Program-made: the position numbers and the translations under genes | Assembly (NCBI GenBank): GCA_032718475.1 | Contig: JAUCBJ010002966.1 | Span: forward strand, 1 to 41,457 | Source of the DNA: Nemertoderma westbladi | Lineage: Eukaryota > Animalia > Xenacoelomorpha | Direction: 5' to 3' | Length of the DNA stretch: 41,457 bases | Notes under the pieces: model-generated | What the model was told of the DNA's origin: nothing | What the model saw: the letters and a program-made list of their open reading frames with translations, nothing else | The model's database searches: none | Shown here: piece by piece, positions 38,340-41,457 of the stretch | Numbering within the stretch: position 1 is the stretch's first letter | Layout: each line of letters begins with the position of its first letter

Positions 38340-39400
38340 TACAGGGAACAGAAGCACAGTTCAGTTGATGTAAGACAGTTTTTCTTACAAGTACACGTGT
38401 TTTAATTGCACTGTTTCTTGCACCCACACCTCAACAATTGTCTACAAGCGACCGAAGCTGGTGGTAAAGTAGACCATACTGGGTTCCATTTGACACCAAT
38501 TTTCCAACTTCCATCCCCAACCTTCAGGCGATGTCACTTCGGGTTGCTTAGCCAAAACATTGTCAACATTCCATATATGTCCTGCTTGGTAAGCTGCCCT
38601 TAGGGTGTGTTGTATCAGCGCTGCTTTTGTTGGAGGAATGTTGGTTATAGAGCGATCTTTATGAGCAAATAAATATCGACGGACTTTGTTGACTTCGGTC
38701 TTTTGTGTTAACTTATCATATACCAATGAAATGTATCTTTCAACAGCTGGAAGAATTTCCACAACATCAGAATTAGCTGGTTTGCTAGATAATTGCAAGA
38801 AGGATTTTTTTTTACAAACATTTGGATATGTTTCAAATATGTTCCAGAATGTTTTCTTCCCTTTTGAATCAAATGATTCTACTGTATCACACCCACTAAA
38901 AACGTATATGAATTTCATCCTTATGCACCACTCCGGCGACATCGACGAAACAATCTCATGTATCGGAAGGTACTTAAAGGGGTTCCCTGTTCCGAATAAA
39001 ACCCACAGAATTGAAATTGATGATAGTCGGTGAAAAACTGACACTGCAAGAACAACAATGTCGCTATCCACAGTACGTATTCCCACCCTTGCAAACCCAC
39101 TATCAACTGTATCTCTCGCATGTACAAATCCAGGTATCAGCTTTCTCATGAGAACAAGGTTCGATATTACTTGTATCCTGGTTATGATTGTTAACTAGGA
39201 TATTTGGTCCACTTGTAGATATCAACATTTTATTTGTTGATATTTCCTGAATTATTTTACTTAGAAAATCAAAAAGTTCCACTTTGTTTACATTAACTCT
39301 CGGGAATGTCTGTGACTAGACACACAATTCTGGGGTAGAACAGTTCTTCCTTCAACACGTCTCCTTGTACCCAATCCTCCCTTCTCTCTACAAATCCGCT
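38340..39400 (-). pseudogene. Academ transposase C-terminal region (XPG/PIN-like nuclease plus Cys8/CXC-like domain), frameshifted
   Basis: GTRRRV..PQN, NKVELFDFLS, CSHEKADT, TVDSDIVVL, FSGCDTV, GKKT, IPPTKAALIQHTLRAAYQ and SPEGWGW; then in another frame ACRQLLRCGCKKQC*NTCTCKK..TELCFC. Confidence 0.8.
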
Positions 39401-39505
39401 TTAATAATAATAAGTGAATTGTTGTGGGGTGAGTGACGCGGTGAATTAAATATATAATGTAAATAGGACAATATGATAATGCTCTCCATAGCGAAAAATA
39501 TCAAC

Positions 39506-39590
39506 CGACCCTGTTGGGGCTCGAACCCGGTACCTAGGTTTCAAACTTCTGGTTATCATCAGCCGGGTGAGTGTACTGAGCTACCAGGCC
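39506..39590 (-). ncRNA. tRNA-like Pol III cassette (not a decoding tRNA), repeated every 369 bp, 6 copies
   Basis: Minus strand reads GGCCTGG TA GCTCAGT (A-box-like) ... GGTTCGAGCCC (B box) ... CAGGGTC, which pairs 6/7 with the 5' end. TTTTT follows at 39498-39494. Confidence 0.7.
39525..39568 (-). ncRNA. Minimal type I hammerhead ribozyme motif, copy 1; also at 39894, 40263, 40632, 41001 and 41370
   Basis: Minus strand reads ACCCGG CUGAUGA UAAC-CAGAA-GUUU GAA ACCUAGGU A CCGGGU. This gives a 6-bp stem I, a complete core, a palindromic stem III and a GUA cleavage triplet. Stem II is weak (U-U plus 3 bp). Confidence 0.8.
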
Positions 39591-41457
39591 GGATGAATAT
39601 TTCGTTATGGAGTGGAAGATCATATTAAGGCCATACAATCACTCAAAGTAAAGTACAACTTCCGTTATTCCCGTGCTCTGCCAGAAATGGCAACCATGCC
39701 TCAAAGAATAACTATTATACAGTGTTGTAGAAACCACTGTAACCCCGTATGCCTGGCCCAGGCTGTTAGTTAATGATAATAAGTGAATTGTTGTGGGGTG
39801 AGTGACGCGGTGAATTAAATATATAATGTAAATAGGACAATATGATAATGCTCTCCATAGCGAAAAATATCAACCGACCCTGTTGGGGCTCGAACCCGGT
39901 ACCTAGGTTTCAAACTTCTGGTTATCATCAGCCGGGTGAGTGTACTGAGCTACCAGGCCGGATGAATATTTCGTTATGGAGTGGAAGATCATATTAAGGC
40001 CATACAATCACTCAAAGTAAAGTACAACTTCCGTTATTCCCGTGCTCTGCCAGAAATGGCAACCATGCCTCAAAGAATAACTATTATACAGTGTTGTAGA
40101 AACCACTGTAACCCCGTATGCCTGGCCCAGGCTGTTAGTTAATGATAATAAGTGAATTGTTGTGGGGTGAGTGACGCGGTGAATTAAATATATAATGTAA
40201 ATAGGACAATATGATAATGCTCTCCATAGCGAAAAATATCAACCGACCCTGTTGGGGCTCGAACCCGGTACCTAGGTTTCAAACTTCTGGTTATCATCAG
40301 CCGGGTGAGTGTACTGAGCTACCAGGCCGGATGAATATTTCGTTATGGAGTGGAAGATCATATTAAGGCCATACAATCACTCAAAGTAAAGTACAACTTC
40401 CGTTATTCCCGTGCTCTGCCAGAAATGGCAACCATGCCTCAAAGAATAACTATTATACAGTGTTGTAGAAACCACTGTAACCCCGTATGCCTGGCCCAGG
40501 CTGTTAGTTAATGATAATAAGTGAATTGTTGTGGGGTGAGTGACGCGGTGAATTAAATATATAATGTAAATAGGACAATATGATAATGCTCTCCATAGCG
40601 AAAAATATCAACCGACCCTGTTGGGGCTCGAACCCGGTACCTAGGTTTCAAACTTCTGGTTATCATCAGCCGGGTGAGTGTACTGAGCTACCAGGCCGGA
40701 TGAATATTTCGTTATGGAGTGGAAGATCATATTAAGGCCATACAATCACTCAAAGTAAAGTACAACTTCCGTTATTCCCGTGCTCTGCCAGAAATGGCAA
40801 CCATGCCTCAAAGAATAACTATTATACAGTGTTGTAGAAACCACTGTAACCCCGTATGCCTGGCCCAGGCTGTTAGTTAATGATAATAAGTGAATTGTTG
40901 TGGGGTGAGTGACGCGGTGAATTAAATATATAATGTAAATAGGACAATATGATAATGCTCTCCATAGCGAAAAATATCAACCGACCCTGTTGGGGCTCGA
41001 ACCCGGTACCTAGGTTTCAAACTTCTGGTTATCATCAGCCGGGTGAGTGTACTGAGCTACCAGGCCGGATGAATATTTCGTTATGGAGTGGAAGATCATA
41101 TTAAGGCCATACAATCACTCAAAGTAAAGTACAACTTCCGTTATTCCCGTGCTCTGCCAGAAATGGCAACCATGCCTCAAAGAATAACTATTATACAGTG
41201 TTGTAGAAACCACTGTAACCCCGTATGCCTGGCCCAGGCTGTTAGTTAATGATAATAAGTGAATTGTTGTGGGGTGAGTGACGCGGTGAATTAAATATAT
41301 AATGTAAATAGGACAATATGATAATGCTCTCCATAGCGAAAAATATCAACCGACCCTGTTGGGGCTCGAACCCGGTACCTAGGTTTCAAACTTCTGGTTA
41401 TCATCAGCCGGGTGAGTGTACTGAGCTACCAGGCCGGATGAATATTTCGTTATGGAG

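Larger units (their letters stand above)
36217..39400 (-). mobile_element. Academ-type DNA transposon, 3' portion
   Basis: A TAG terminus at 36217 lies exactly where homology to 19195-19204 (CTCCATAA) breaks off. Encloses an XPG-like plus Cys-rich coding remnant. The other end is not in the window. Confidence 0.7.
39401..41457. repeat. 369-bp tandem array, more than 5.5 apparently identical units, open at the window end
   Basis: AAGTGAATTG anchors at 39412, 39781, 40150, 40519, 40888 and 41257. Confidence 0.98.

Noticed and set aside
39506-39590. Functional tRNA gene cluster
   Set aside because: No D-arm 3' strand, no canonical anticodon arm and a broken T-stem; the centre is a hammerhead motif.

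Overview
This is a eukaryotic, AT-rich, probably invertebrate-animal window made almost entirely of nested transposable-element DNA, with no confidently identifiable host gene. From left to right: (1) a hAT element (5128-12308, perfect 8-bp TSD) containing a Helentron-like repeat carrier, an Academ-like MITE and a broken piggyBac transposase element; (2) a possible small two-exon basic-protein gene; (3) several MITEs and an (ACTG)~160 microsatellite element; (4) a fragmented RTE-like LINE; (5) a 12-kb nest of one ~1.27-kb Helitron/HINE-like family interleaved with a defective Ty3/gypsy element; (6) a decayed Academ (XPG/PIN + Cys-rich) transposase gene. The Academ gene is interrupted by a 369-bp tandem array running off the window end. 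Each array unit carries, on the minus strand, a tRNA-like Pol III cassette (A box, B box, T5 terminator) with a minimal type I hammerhead ribozyme motif in place of its central arm. This retrozyme/Sm-alpha-like array is the most interesting object here. Family assignments come from motif recognition by eye, not database searches.
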